64,000 nt of DNA from an uncultured Chloroflexia bacterium (GCA_963751075.1 CAVVTE010000012.1:8149-72148), one strand, 5' to 3'; shown: positions 46,813 to 57,893, numbered from the stretch's first letter. Notes: a model not told the origin generated them from the letters alone. Numbers and translations: made by a program.

Positions 46813-48247
46813 CCTGGATTATTCATAAGCGGCCCGCCCGTGCGGCGAGATGGTGCCACAGAGGCTCGCCGGGGTGGCTGGAGGCGAGGCGCAGGTGGAC
46901 GCGGGTCGCCACCTGACGGACGCGGCCCCCGATCTTGATCAGGCACAGGCGCAGCGTCTCCAGCCGCATCCGCGCCGTCCCCGCGGCGACCAGCCAGCGG
47001 CGCAGGGTGTCGAGGAGGCAGTACGCGGCCCCATGCAGCAGCAACCGGAGCTGATTGGCCAGGAAGCGATGACAGGAGAGCCGATCGCCGAAACAGCCGA
47101 GTTTCAGATCCTTGATCCAGTTCTCCGTCTCGCCGCGATCGGTGTACCAGGCGTAGAGGGTTTCCGGCTCGTCCGTCCGAGTGGTGACCACAAAGCGGGT
47201 GTTGATGCCCTTGGCCAGCACCTCGGCCTTGATGATGACTCGCCGCTCGTGCGGCCAGGAGTCGGCCTGATACACGGTCTCGTCCAGCAGCCGCACCTTC
47301 GCCCCGTTCGCGCGGACCGAGTCGGCTAGCGCGGTGGCGACCAGCGGCGCCGCGAGCGCCTCCAGCCGTGCATTGCGGCACAGCCCGATCGTGTAGGCGA
47401 TCTGTTCCCGCTCGCAGTAGGCGTAGATCTCAGGCTTGGCGAAGCCGGCATCAGCGCGCAGTTCGATGGCAACTCCCGGCCAACGCGCCCGTACCCGCTG
47501 CACCAGCCGGCGCAGGATGGCCAGCGCCCCGACCCCAGCGTGGGCCGTGCCGGGCCGGAGGACAGCGGTGATGATCTGACCCGTCTCGCCGTCGAAGACC
47601 AATAGGGGGTGATACATGTGCTGCCGGAAGTAGCCGTGGTAGGCGCTGCCTTCCTGCGCGCCGTGGGTCGGGTCGTCGGTGCTATCCAGATCGAGCACGA
47701 TGCGGGTCGGCACCCCGTCGCACTCCCGCTCACGCAGATAGACTTCCCCCAACACCTCGGCCAAACGGTAACAATCCCGCGCTGAGCAGGCATTCTCGAA
47801 CCGGGAGAGCGTCGGCTGGCTGGCCAGGTCGGGATCGCTCTCCGGCAAGCGGCCGCAGACCAGCTTCAGCAGCGGATCGCGGCGCAGCGTGTCGGCGTCG
47901 TCTTGGTCTTCATAGCCGGCCGCAATCTGATAGATGCGTTGGCGCAGCACCTCCAGCCGCGAGTGACGGCCTCGGCGTCGGCGAGGATCGGGCAGGACCG
48001 CGGCCAACGCGGCCGTGAGCCCGAGCGCCGCATCGGCTTCGGCGATCCAGGTCCAGCCGCCATCACTGGTCAGCCGTCCCCCGAGGAAATCGACCGCCAG
48101 CGGCAGCATGGCCGGTGGGGCAAAGGCGAGCGACGGCTATGGCAGACTGGTCCATGCGGGGCACCTCCTGGTGGTAGAACGTCAACACCTCTACCGATAC
48201 CAGATGGGTGCCTCGCTGTCACTCATGAATAATCCGGGCTAACTCGG
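46813..48247 (-). mobile_element. IS1380-family insertion sequence, 1435 bp, with imperfect terminal IRs and a 4-bp target duplication CTAA
   Basis: IRs are CCTGGATTATTCAT (46813-46826) and the reverse complement of ATGAATAATCCGGG (48234-48247). CTAA occurs at 46809-46812 and 48248-48251. Confidence 0.8.
46823..48109 (-). CDS. IS1380-family DDE transposase
   Basis: A 428-aa ORF fills the element. The N-terminal region contains ...DLASQPTLSRFENA..., typical of IS1380-group transposases, from memory. Confidence 0.75.
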   Translation of the reverse strand: MLPLAVDFLGGRLTSDGGWTWIAEADAALGLTAALAAVLPDPRRRRGRHSRLEVLRQRIYQIAAGYEDQDDADTLRRDPLLKLVCGRLPESDPDLASQPTLSRFENACSARDCYRLAEVLGEVYLRERECDGVPTRIVLDLDSTDDPTHGAQEGSAYHGYFRQHMYHPLLVFDGETGQIITAVLRPGTAHAGVGALAILRRLVQRVRARWPGVAIELRADAGFAKPEIYAYCEREQIAYTIGLCRNARLEALAAPLVATALADSVRANGAKVRLLDETVYQADSWPHERRVIIKAEVLAKGINTRFVVTTRTDEPETLYAWYTDRGETENWIKDLKLGCFGDRLSCHRFLANQLRLLLHGAAYCLLDTLRRWLVAAGTARMRLETLRLCLIKIGGRVRQVATRVHLRLASSHPGEPLWHHLAARAGRL

Positions 48248-48408
48248 GATCGTCCCAGCCCTCAAGTCGCGTGACGCCGCCGCCCCCGTACTGCTTGAGG
48301 TCGGCACCTTGATTTGGTATCTGCCGGGCCGTACTGGCAGCAAACAGCCCGATGCTTCCTGAAGGCATATTCAAGAGGGTCGCGTGGCGGCGGCGAGTCA
48401 ATCGCAGA

Positions 48409-49345
48409 TCAGGCGTCGGCCCCTGAAAGCCCTAACATTGTGCGGGCCTCGGTGGCGGTTGCGACTCGACGCCCAAGCTCTCCTGCGATGCGAACCACAC
48501 GATTGACAAGCTGCACGTTGTCCAGGACCTCCTGATCCTTCTGGAACAGGAGCGAATCCTCCATTCCCGTGCGGACGTGCCCGCCAAGCAGCAGTGCCAT
48601 CGTGTTGACCTGGATGCTGTGCAATCCGAGCGCGCACGTCTGGAAGACGACACCCGGGTGGCAAGTTGCGGAGCATGTAGAGGACGCTATCTGGCCCGGC
48701 ATTGATGCCACTCTGCTGGCCGAAGACGAGTTGGACGAAGTACGGGGGATCGAGGGCCTGTTTCGCAATCAGGTACTCCAGGAGATCGAGGTGTCCTGGA
48801 TGATAGAGGAATACTTGCGGTTTGACGCCGACCTCACGGAGGGCGTTGGCGGTGCGCTCAGTCTCGTCGAACGTCGCGATGCAGACGCTGCTCGGACGCG
48901 CCTCGCTCCCCCGGAACGTCATCGGTCCGGGGTTGAGCGCCATGAGATCAGGTCGTGCTTCGATCGGCGCGGATTTGTAGTAATGAACCGTACCAAGGAT
49001 CGCGTGCGGTTCGATCGACACCTCGGCAACCGTCTGGGTATTGTCGATGAGGATGTCCGGCGCTGCAGCGCGGATCAGTTCGTTGATCTCTCGATACCGC
49101 TGGGGATCATGGGAGTCGCTGTCGGGATCCCCCGCGACACGTCCGTGAATGTGAATGATGCGGGCGCCTGCGGCGAAGAGCGCTTTCGCGGCCTCAGCCT
49201 GCTCCTCAGCGGACGCCGGAATCCGGGCATGATCGCGCTTGCGGTGTTCGCCAGTGGTTGCGCACGTCACGATGACTGGCGGCATGCCGTCATTGATCCG
49301 CTGCGCGTATTCCCTGGCATCGACAAAGCTCCAGCTCGGACTCAT
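48409..49345 (-). pseudogene. 3-keto-5-aminohexanoate cleavage enzyme family (BKACE/DUF849), frameshift near 48680
   Basis: N-terminus is PVIVTCATTGEHRKRDHARIPASAEEQAEAAKALFAAGARIIHIHGR. The C-terminus MALLLGGHVRTGMEDSLLF... lies in ORF 48409..48768. Confidence 0.7.
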
Positions 49346-49385
49346 CTCGCCGATGGTTTTCCTCCCTCGGAGAACGTGGCGTCTG

Positions 49386-50726
49386 CTAGAGATCGCGAAC
49401 CGCGGCGCGAACTTCTGCGACCAGCCGATTCAGATGCTCGTCCTCGGTGACCGCTGAGATGTAGCCACCCTGCTGCCAGTGGATATCTCGGTTGAGCAGC
49501 CAGAACAGCAGCCGGCGTTGCATCAACTTGTCATCCTGCACGGTTTCCCGGTAGTTTCGGGGCGGTTCGGGCGTCAAGTAGAGGCGGAAGATTGAGCCAA
49601 CAGCGTTTCCTGAGGCGGGAACCCAGCCTCCCGGAACGCGGCCACCAGTTCGTCGCGGACGCGGCGAGCCATGCTCGCCATGCGGGTGTAGACGTCAGGC
49701 GTCAGCAGGCGGAGTGTCGTGAGTCCTGCCGTGAGCATAAGCGGATTGGCGTTGAAGGTTCCGGCCTGCAGGATCTTGGCTCCGCTACGGGTCGGATCGA
49801 TACGGCCGCATGATATCGGCCCGGCCACCAAACGCTCCGCCCGGCGTCCCCCCGGCGATGATCTTGCCAAACGCCGTCAAATCCGGCGTAATCCCAAAAG
49901 CCTGCTGGGCACCTCCTGGGGCGATGCGGAAGGAAATGATCTCATCAAATATGAGCAGGACGCCCAGCGAATCCGTGACTTCCCGGATGGTTTGCAAGAA
50001 GTGATCTTCCGGGAGGATGACTCCCGCGTTTGTCATGAGGGGATCGAGGACGACAGCCGCGAGGTCGGCCGCGTGCTCCTCGATGAGCGCTTGGCACGCC
50101 GCGGCGTTATTGAACGGCAGGATAATGACGTCGTCCGCAGCGCCGGAAAGCCCGACGGAGGAACGGATGGGACGCGGCCGCTCGGGCTGGTCCGGCCTCA
50201 GGTCCAATCGGAGGCGCGAGACTCACCAGTGCATGATCGGAGATGCCGTTGTACGCACCCTCGAATTGCGCGATCTTCCGTTTGCCGGTGAACGCAATGG
50301 CGGCACGAATCGCGTTCATGACCGCCTCGGTTCCGGAGTTGCAGAACCTGATGCGTTCGATGGATGGCACGCGCTGCTGCATCTCCTCGGCCAACTCGAT
50401 TTCCATCTCGGTCGGCCGGTTGTACGCAGTGCCTCGCGCCGCTTGCATACTGATGGCGTCGACAACGGCCGGATGGGCGTGGCCCAGAATCAAGGACGAG
50501 TTGTTGAAGGCAAAATCAAGGAGATGGTGACCGTCGACGTCATACAGGTATACGCCGGCGGCGCGATCGACATAGGGCGGGAACGGATCGAACCAGGCGC
50601 CGGTGCGAGTATTTCCTCCGGGAAGCACCCTTGCGCACGCTCGAAGAGTTGGCGGGAGGTTGGGTTGCGCGTGACGTATTCGGAGACGAGCGCGTCGATG
50701 CTGGTCGCGGTTCTCGTGTCGGTCAT
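49386..50726 (-). pseudogene. class III aminotransferase (glutamate-1-semialdehyde aminomutase-like) with about four frameshifts
   Basis: Successive segments lie in ORFs 50490..50726, 50107..50628, 49785..50207, 49574..49870 and 49386..49577. FDEIISFR is present, and GKIIAGG carries the PLP lysine. Confidence 0.8.
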
Positions 50727-50790
50727 CGTGCGGTACTCCTGCTTTTCTCTGCCACTGCCAGGTGATGCACGGGATGCCTGAAGCCAGAAC

Positions 50791-51388
50791 CTAGAAAGTT
50801 CGCGGCGTGTTCACTCCCAGGAACACGGCAACTGTGGGTCCCGGGTTGACCCACTGGTGACGATGCGTGCTTTCAAAATACAGGACATCCCCAGGTCCCA
50901 GAATATAGTGTTCGAGCGGATCGAGAGAGACGCTGCAGTCTCCCCTCCAGCATCATGATGAACTCCTCTCCCTCGTGTGCGAACGTTCCGCCGGTTCCCG
51001 CTCCCGGTTCAACTGTGAACAAATGCAGTTCCATGACGTGATCGCCGAAGTTGAGTTGGTCCATAGTGACGCCGTCTGCCGAGGCGTAGCGCTGGCGATC
51101 GGCCGGCCGCACCAGGCGGCCGCGCGGAGCGACTCCGGCCTCCATGAGATCGACAATGCTGACGCCGTACGCGGCCGTCAATTTCTGGAGTGCGGCGACC
51201 GAGGGATTGGCGAGGCCGCGTTCGATGCCGCTAATGAATGACGCCGACAGGCCCGTAAGCGCCGCCGCCTGGCGCAAGCTCAATCCTCTATGAGTCCGCT
51301 GCTCACGCAGCCGCCGCGCCCCAGGGTGCGACAGCCAGGCTGTCATGCTGATGGTGTTCACCCATATCCTCGAGCGGTGGGCAGCCAC
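50791..51388 (-). pseudogene. XRE-family HTH regulator with a C-terminal cupin domain; frameshift near 50940
   Basis: Contains LSLRQAAALTGLSASFISGIERGLANPSVAALQKLTAAY and FAHEGEEFIMMLEG. The cupin end LDPLEHYILGPGDVLYFESTHRHQWVNPG...TF* is in another frame. Confidence 0.65.
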
Positions 51389-51626
51389 CGAGGCTCTCCG
51401 AGCCGCCTCTCAGTTGGGGATGCTCTCGCAGACGTCGCATCCGCTGGAGTCGCTCGATGTCGCCGAGGGTGAAGCGCCGATACCCCGACGGGCTGCGGTC
51501 AGCAGCGAAAAGGCCCCGGCGCTCCCAGGCGCGGAGCGTCGCCGGGTTGACGCCCACCAGCCTTGCCGCTTCGCCGATCATGATGTAGAGCGCAGGCTGG
51601 CGGTTAGTTTCACAGTCTTGCGGCAT
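51303..51626 (-). CDS. MerR-family HTH protein (the 3' part overlaps the next ORF; may be fused or frameshifted)
   Basis: Contains IGEAARLVGVNPATLRAWERRGLF...SPSGYRRFTLGDIERLQRMRRL. Confidence 0.55.
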   Translation of the reverse strand: MPQDCETNRQPALYIMIGEAARLVGVNPATLRAWERRGLFAADRSPSGYRRFTLGDIERLQRMRRLREHPQLRGGSESLGGCPPLEDMGEHHQHDSLAVAPWGAAAA

Positions 51627-52103
51627 CAGCCCCTATCCACTAGCGAAGGTTTTGATCGCCGTCGTGTTCACTAAGGTTGAAGCCAACTGCATCCTAGCCC
51701 CGTCAGGTGAGCCGGTCAACTCCTGGGAACATGCCCTCTCCGGTCAGCGTTGACGCCTAACTACTGCCCCAGCATCTCGGCGAATCGCATCGCACACGTC
51801 GCCCCGAGGTCGGCGTCCGTCACGTCGCTATTGACAGCAGTCATGGCGCCTCGTATGGTGAGGATTGGGCACAAAGTTAGTGAACTGCCGTTCCGGTGGC
51901 TCGGCCCAGGTTCCGCAGCGCCACGGACACCAACTCCCAGCCCTGCGTTGCGCGCCGATTGCGCGTGCTGCAAGGTCGGGACGAGATGGTGGTGACGGTA
52001 GATTCGGTATCGCACGCGTTGAGGAGATGGACCATGCGGTCATCCGGAACGTGACGGCATCCTGCACGTCAATCGGCGGCATCTGATCCGGGCAGGGCTT
52101 CGG

Positions 52104-53630
52104 GGTAGGAGCCGGGCGGCATTCGCTCAGCCCTTTCCCTGGAGCCGGGCAACCCCGGCGCTTGCCGGGCAGGCGACGCCGCAAGCCGGCGGAACGCTGG
52201 TCGCCGCGGCCGCCGGCGACCCGCAGTTCGACCCGTACTACCGCATCATGCCCGCTTGGTGGTCCTACGGCACGCTCTACAACGCGCTGTATGGCTACAC
52301 GGGAGAAGACCCGACACAGGCCGTTCCGCAACTCGCCGAGTCGGATGAAGAAACCGACACGACACTTACGATCAAGCTTCGTCAGGGCGTCATGTTCCAC
52401 AACGGGCGTGAGTTTGTTGCTCAGGACGTGGTCGACAACATCGAACGCGCGAAGGATGAGGAGATCGGCCATTACCTGGCCGCGTACTTCGTGCCGACAG
52501 TGGAGAGCACCGAGGCCATCGACGACTACACGGTAAAAATCACCTACACGAAGCCGTACGCACTCAAGCGCGATGACCTGGCGACGCTGTTCATTCTGCC
52601 TAAAGAAGCGATGGCGGACATCGCCACCAATCCCGTCGGGACTGGGCCGTTCACGTTCGTCAGCTTTACCCCGGGTGACCGGCTCGAGTTGGCCCGATTC
52701 GACGACTACTTTCAGGACGGTCTACCCCATCTCGATGGCGTGACCATTCGCGTCCTGCCTGATGCCCAGGCCCGGGTGGCCAACCTCCAGTCGGGTGATG
52801 TGCAGCTCATCGAGGGGCTTGCGGAGTCGGATGTCTCCCGGCTCATGGAAGATAGCGCGGTCCAGGTTGCGCACACGGTCGAGGGCGGAACGTGGCACAC
52901 CGTCGTCCTGAATACTCGCCGTCCGCCGCTCGACAACAAGCTGGTGCGTCAGGCGCTCAACTACAGCCTCGATCGCGAGAAGATTAACCAGCTCGCCTTC
53001 TTCGGGCTGTCGCCCGTCACGCAAAGCCGATACGCGCCGGAGAATTTCTGGTACTACGAACCCGCGGCGACGATGTACTCCTTCGACCTCGATCAGGCGA
53101 AGGCGCTGCTCGAGGAAGCGGGTTTCGGCGATGGGTTCACGACGACGATCTCCGTCAGCGAGGCAGGTCGGCCAGGGTCGAAGGCGCTAGCCCAGGTCTG
53201 GAGTCAGGATCTCGCGACGATCGGCGTGACCCTCGAGATCCTCGAAAAGGAGCAGAACGCGTTCTACGACGACTATTTCGCTGACGATTACGACATTCAG
53301 GCCTACCTTCTCGGTGATGGCCTCTTCGATCCGGCAACCGGGATCAACGATAGTTCACCGCTTCGTGTTGAAGACAACCGGGCCGGGATCGAGACGCAAC
53401 CCTTCTACGACGAGTACAAGCGGCTCGTCGAGGAGGGGGTCAGCACCATTGGCAATGAGGCGCGGAAACCGATCTACGACCGCATTCAGGAGATCTGGGC
53501 CGAGGAGAGCTGGGCGCCAATCATCGCCTTTTCGCTTCTCTACGTTGGGCTGAGCGGTGGCGTGGAAGGATTCACGCTACCGCCCGGCGGCGGCTATCAC
53601 CTGGCTGAGACGGCATTGACAGAGGGCTAG
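52104..53630 (+). pseudogene. family 5 (peptide/nickel) ABC substrate-binding protein with a degraded 5' region
   Basis: The ORF frame is open upstream to ...GGTLVAAAAGDPQFDPYYRIMPAWW, but no in-frame start or signal peptide exists. A signal-like MRSSGT... at 52034 is in another frame with stops. The body is typical SBP_5. Confidence 0.65.
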
Positions 53631-53656
53631 GCGGGTGATCGGTATCAGTTAGCGCC

Positions 53657-54601
53657 GTGTTGGCGTACGTCGGGGCACGGCTCTTCCAGGCCGTGCCCGT
53701 ACTCTTTCTCGCCAGCCTGGTCATTTTCGGGTTTATCCGCCTGATTCCCGGCGACCCCGCGTTGGCTCTCGCCGGACAGAACGCGACGACCGAGCAGATC
53801 GAGGCGTTGCGCCATCGCTTTGGCCTGGACCGTCCGCTCGTTACGCAGTACCTGACCTGGATCAGTCACGCGGCTCGGGGCGATCTCGGGGTGTCGTACA
53901 TCTCGGATCGTCCGGTTGCTGACCTGATTCGCCAGCGCATTCCCGCGACAATCCAGTTGGCGCTAGGCAGCATGCTCGTCATGCTGCTCATTGGGGGTCC
54001 AATTGGCGTGTTGGCGGCGATCCGGCCGCGGAATCCCGTGATGCGCCTCGTCGGCATCATCATCGCTATCGCGCTGGCCACGCCGACGTTCTGGCTCGGC
54101 CTCCTCTTCATTCTCTATTTCTCCGTCTCCCGTCACTGGCTCCCTGCCTCCGGATACGTCAGCTTCGTGGAGAGTCCAGTCGAGGCAGCCACACATCTTC
54201 TGCTGCCGGCACTGACACTCGGCACGTATGGCACTGCCGTGTTGATTCGCTTCCTCAGCACCTCGATCAGCGACGCGTTGCAGGCTGACTACGTGCGGGT
54301 GGCTTACGCCAAGGGGTTGCGCGAACGATCCGTCGTCATTCGCCACGCGCTGCAGGTTGCGTTACCCCCGGTCGTGACCATCATGGCGATTCAGTTCGGT
54401 CAGCTGCTAGGCGGCGCCGTAGTGACCGAGTCGGTCTTTGGCTGGCCAGGGCTCGGTCGGTTGATTCTCGACGCCATCGGAAATCGCGACTACCTCGTCG
54501 TCCAGAGCACCATGTTGCTTTTCGTGACGATCTTCATCGCACTCAATGTCGTCGCCGACGTCGTTTACGCCCTGCTCGATCCCCGCATCCGCTTCGGGTG
54601 A
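53657..54601 (+). CDS. ABC peptide transporter permease (DppB/OppB-like)
   Basis: N-terminus is MLAYVGARLFQAVPVLFLASLVIFGFIRLIPGDP, with an EAA-type loop. Confidence 0.8.
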   Translation: MLAYVGARLFQAVPVLFLASLVIFGFIRLIPGDPALALAGQNATTEQIEALRHRFGLDRPLVTQYLTWISHAARGDLGVSYISDRPVADLIRQRIPATIQLALGSMLVMLLIGGPIGVLAAIRPRNPVMRLVGIIIAIALATPTFWLGLLFILYFSVSRHWLPASGYVSFVESPVEAATHLLLPALTLGTYGTAVLIRFLSTSISDALQADYVRVAYAKGLRERSVVIRHALQVALPPVVTIMAIQFGQLLGGAVVTESVFGWPGLGRLILDAIGNRDYLVVQSTMLLFVTIFIALNVVADVVYALLDPRIRFG

Positions 54602-55557
54602 TAGCGCTGCCTTCCGTGCCTGACTCTCCTCCGCCTCCAGGTACGGCTGCGGGTAGCATGCTCGCGAGAACCCAGCGAACACCTCAGAATTTTTGGAGGA
54701 AGACGCTGCAGCAACTGGTCCATGACCGCGCAGGCGTGATCGGGCTCGTGATCGTCAGCCTGCTCATTGCGGCAGCGCTCTTCGCTCCAGTCCTCGCTCC
54801 GGCGGATCCCTACGAGATTGGGTCTGGGCTCCCGTTCGCGTCCCCAACCGGTGAGCACCTGATGGGGACGGACGATCTGGGTCGCGATGTTTACTCGCGG
54901 GTGCTCTACGGGGCGCGGGTCTCGCTGCGGGTCGCGTTCTTCTCGGTTACCGCGGCAGCGGTCATTGCCATTCCGCTGGGGCTGGCGGCAGGGTACTTTG
55001 GCGGTCCGATTGACGCCGTGATTAGTCGGCTGTTCGATACGGTCTTTGCATTTCCGGCCATTCTCATCGGGATCGGGTTCGTGGCCGTGCTGGGACCGGA
55101 TCTGCAGAATGTCATCATCGCGGTTGCAATCATCAATATCCCGACTATCGGACGCCTGATCCGCGGAATGGTGCTAAGCCAACGCGATCAGGACTATGTC
55201 GAAGCCATCCGGGCGGCAGGCGCGTCCACCTCCCGAATCACGTTCTCCCACATCTTGCCGAACGCGATTCCTCCCCTTTTCGTCCAGATGGCGCTGGCAG
55301 CGGGAGAAGCGGTCCTGCTTGAGGCCGCGTTCAGCTTCCTCGGACTCGGGAGCCGTCCACCGACACCCTCCTGGGGGGCGATGCTCAACGAAGGACGTCG
55401 CTTTCTCGACCGCGCTCCCTGGCTTGGGTTCTTTCCCGGCCTGGCGATTACGCTCATGATCTTCGGCCTGAATTCCCTCGGCGACGGGATTCGCAACGCG
55501 CTCGATCCCAGACACTGGCGACCGATGTCAAACCGCCATGATGCGCAAGGAGCGTGA
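54598..55557 (+). CDS. ABC peptide transporter permease (DppC/OppC-like)
   Basis: Contains LGTDDLGRDVYSRVLYGARVSL. Overlaps the preceding gene by 4 nt. Confidence 0.8.
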   Translation: MIALPSVPDSPPPPGTAAGSMLARTQRTPQNFWRKTLQQLVHDRAGVIGLVIVSLLIAAALFAPVLAPADPYEIGSGLPFASPTGEHLMGTDDLGRDVYSRVLYGARVSLRVAFFSVTAAAVIAIPLGLAAGYFGGPIDAVISRLFDTVFAFPAILIGIGFVAVLGPDLQNVIIAVAIINIPTIGRLIRGMVLSQRDQDYVEAIRAAGASTSRITFSHILPNAIPPLFVQMALAAGEAVLLEAAFSFLGLGSRPPTPSWGAMLNEGRRFLDRAPWLGFFPGLAITLMIFGLNSLGDGIRNALDPRHWRPMSNRHDAQGA

Positions 55558-55561
55558 GACC

Positions 55562-56554
55562 ATGACGCCCATTCTCGATGCATACCGAATTTCGCGGGAC
55601 AAGGGAACCGCGTGGCTGCTGCGGCAGATGAACGACGACGGGTCGATCGGACCGGTCGACCAGGACTTCACGTACTATCGAATGCCATGGACGTTCACCG
55701 TCACAGGCCATACCGATGCCGCCCTGCGGTTGTGCGAGTGGGTGCGCAAGCATCAGTTCTCGGATGACGGAGATTTCGTGGGCGTCTCACCGCGGCACGT
55801 CGAAGCGAACGCCTATCAAAACGCGACGTTCATCTATGGCGCGCACATGCTCCGGCAGTTTGATCTGTCGTACCCCGGCTGGCGTCATCTCCTCACGCGT
55901 CAGGATCGTCAATCGGGTGGGTTCTCTCATCTGGCTGCCGTCTCAGGGATCGGCGCCGATGAGAACGTGCCGACCGTGGCACAAGTGGGGAAGGCCGCCC
56001 TGATACTGGGCGATCTAGAAGCGGCCAAAGCCGCAGGCAGATGGTTCCGGATGATGTGGGACCTGCAGCCGGATCTCCCGGATCGCCTGTTCTATGTCTT
56101 CAATGCCGAGACACAGAGCCTGGTCACGGAATTCCCCGCGGAGCGCGCGTTTCACTATGTTGTCGAGACCCAACAGCCGCGACAGCGCTTCACGTGCGGC
56201 GGCATCGCGGCCGCATTCCTCGTGCGGCTTTTCCAGGCCACTGGAGACCTACAGCATCTCCAACTTGCCCGAGCGTACATGGATCAGTCCATGAACTCGA
56301 CCGAGCGACAGTTCGAAGTCTCCCAGGTCTGCAAATCGGGCTGGGGATCGGCGCTACTCTATCAGGTGACACGGGAAGAGCAGTACCGGGAATGGACCTG
56401 TCGTGTTGCCGACTACTTTGTCGCCGACCAGCAGCCGGACGGCTGCTGGAACGATAGTGGGCCGTATGGCCATGCTCCTCACATCACTATCATGGTGACT
56501 GCTGAGTTCGTGATGATCTTGGACACCATGATCGGCAGCCTTTCCGTCACGTGA
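55562..56554 (+). CDS. hypothetical alpha/alpha-toroid (prenyltransferase/terpenoid-cyclase-like repeat) protein
   Basis: AGGAG lies before the ATG at 55562. Repeated aromatic/Gly helical-hairpin pattern (QxxDGSIG, QDRQSGGF, QQPDGCW). Confidence 0.45.
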   Translation: MTPILDAYRISRDKGTAWLLRQMNDDGSIGPVDQDFTYYRMPWTFTVTGHTDAALRLCEWVRKHQFSDDGDFVGVSPRHVEANAYQNATFIYGAHMLRQFDLSYPGWRHLLTRQDRQSGGFSHLAAVSGIGADENVPTVAQVGKAALILGDLEAAKAAGRWFRMMWDLQPDLPDRLFYVFNAETQSLVTEFPAERAFHYVVETQQPRQRFTCGGIAAAFLVRLFQATGDLQHLQLARAYMDQSMNSTERQFEVSQVCKSGWGSALLYQVTREEQYREWTCRVADYFVADQQPDGCWNDSGPYGHAPHITIMVTAEFVMILDTMIGSLSVT

Positions 56555-56627
56555 CGCTTGCGAAGGCGACGGCCGTGACGTGCGGGACGACGCGGGGGCA
56601 GTGCAGGACTGCTGAAAGGAGGCGTGC

Positions 56628-57893
56628 GTGGTTGCTCCAGCCCGCGCCATTAATGCCGCCACGGCGGAGATTGACGTTCGCTTTGCCGACGCTGTGTCGC
56701 TGCTTCAGGAGTTAGTGCGACAGCCGTCGACGCTGGGCAACGTGAGGTCGGCGCAGGAGATCCTCTATCGTCACCTGTACAACCTGGGTCTGGACACGCG
56801 GATGAGGGATATTGAGCCTGACGCCGTGGTGGGTCAACCGGCCTATGCTCCTGTCGACTGGAGGTCCGCGGGGCAGCCCAATGTCTGGGGCGTCCTGCCG
56901 GCTGCAGGGACCGGAGGCAGATCACTGCTGCTAAACGGGCATATCGACGTCGTACCCGCAGGGCCGGGGGATCAGTGGCGCTATGACCCGTGGGGTGCCT
57001 CGATCGTGGGTGACCGGTTATATGGGCGCGGCGCGATGGATATGAAAGGTGGTCTCGTCGCCGCGCTGCTCGCGATCGAAGCCGTCTCGCGGGCTGGAGT
57101 CGAGTTGCGTGGGCCGATCATCTTCGAGAGCGTCATTGAAGAGGAATGCACGGGCAATGGAATGCTCGCGCAGCGGCAGCAGACTGGTCCAGTCGATGGC
57201 GCGATCATCCTCGAACCGACGGGGCCGACGACATGGGTTGCGACGCCCGGTGTTCTCTGGTTCGAGGTCGCAGTCGGCGGCCAAGCGGCTTACGTTGGCC
57301 AGGGTGCCGCGTCAGTAAACGCGATCGAGATCGCGAGCGACCTGATCCGGCGAGTCAAACCGGGCATGGTCGAGGAGTTGAACGCCGCCTTCAGCCACCC
57401 CGCGTTCGTGAACCTGACGAACCCACTGACCCTGAACGTCGGCACTATCGAAGGAGGCGGCTGGCCCTCTAGTGTCCCGCTCTCCTGTAAGGTCACCTGC
57501 CGCATGGCGTATCCCATCGCCTGGTCATTTGCCGAAGCGCGACGGTTTGTGGAGCGCCATCTTGCCACTGCAACCGAAGGTGATGAGTGGTTGGCGGCCC
57601 ATCCACCGCGTGTCCGGTTTCCAGGATTCCGGGCGATCGGCTGGGAATACCGCGCGGATCCAGGTCTGCTGGAGATGGTCGACACGTGGCATACACGGGA
57701 GGCAGGAAGGCCGCTCATCCGGACCGGCTGGCCAGGCACCGCGGATGCTCGCTACTTCGAACCGACGCAGCCGGTCGTCTACTACGGGCCAGACGGCGGC
57801 AACATCCATGGTCCTGACGAGTATGTTGAGCTCGAGAGCATCCGACAGGTTTCCCGAGTGCTGGTCAACGTCATAGTCGAATGGTGCGGATGA
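56628..57893 (+). CDS. M20-family metallopeptidase (ArgE/DapE-like), second copy in the window
   Basis: AAGGAGG lies before the GTG. Contains NGHIDVVPAGPGDQWRYDPW, GRGAMDMKGG and EEECTGNG. Confidence 0.8.
   Translation: MVAPARAINAATAEIDVRFADAVSLLQELVRQPSTLGNVRSAQEILYRHLYNLGLDTRMRDIEPDAVVGQPAYAPVDWRSAGQPNVWGVLPAAGTGGRSLLLNGHIDVVPAGPGDQWRYDPWGASIVGDRLYGRGAMDMKGGLVAALLAIEAVSRAGVELRGPIIFESVIEEECTGNGMLAQRQQTGPVDGAIILEPTGPTTWVATPGVLWFEVAVGGQAAYVGQGAASVNAIEIASDLIRRVKPGMVEELNAAFSHPAFVNLTNPLTLNVGTIEGGGWPSSVPLSCKVTCRMAYPIAWSFAEARRFVERHLATATEGDEWLAAHPPRVRFPGFRAIGWEYRADPGLLEMVDTWHTREAGRPLIRTGWPGTADARYFEPTQPVVYYGPDGGNIHGPDEYVELESIRQVSRVLVNVIVEWCG

Larger units (their letters stand above)
46150..48401 (-). 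pseudogene. hypothetical gene interrupted by the IS1380-family element
   Basis: Removing 46813-48251 (the IS plus one CTAA) joins ...EGWDDPEL to VALMLAKRMGGG... in frame. Confidence 0.7.
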
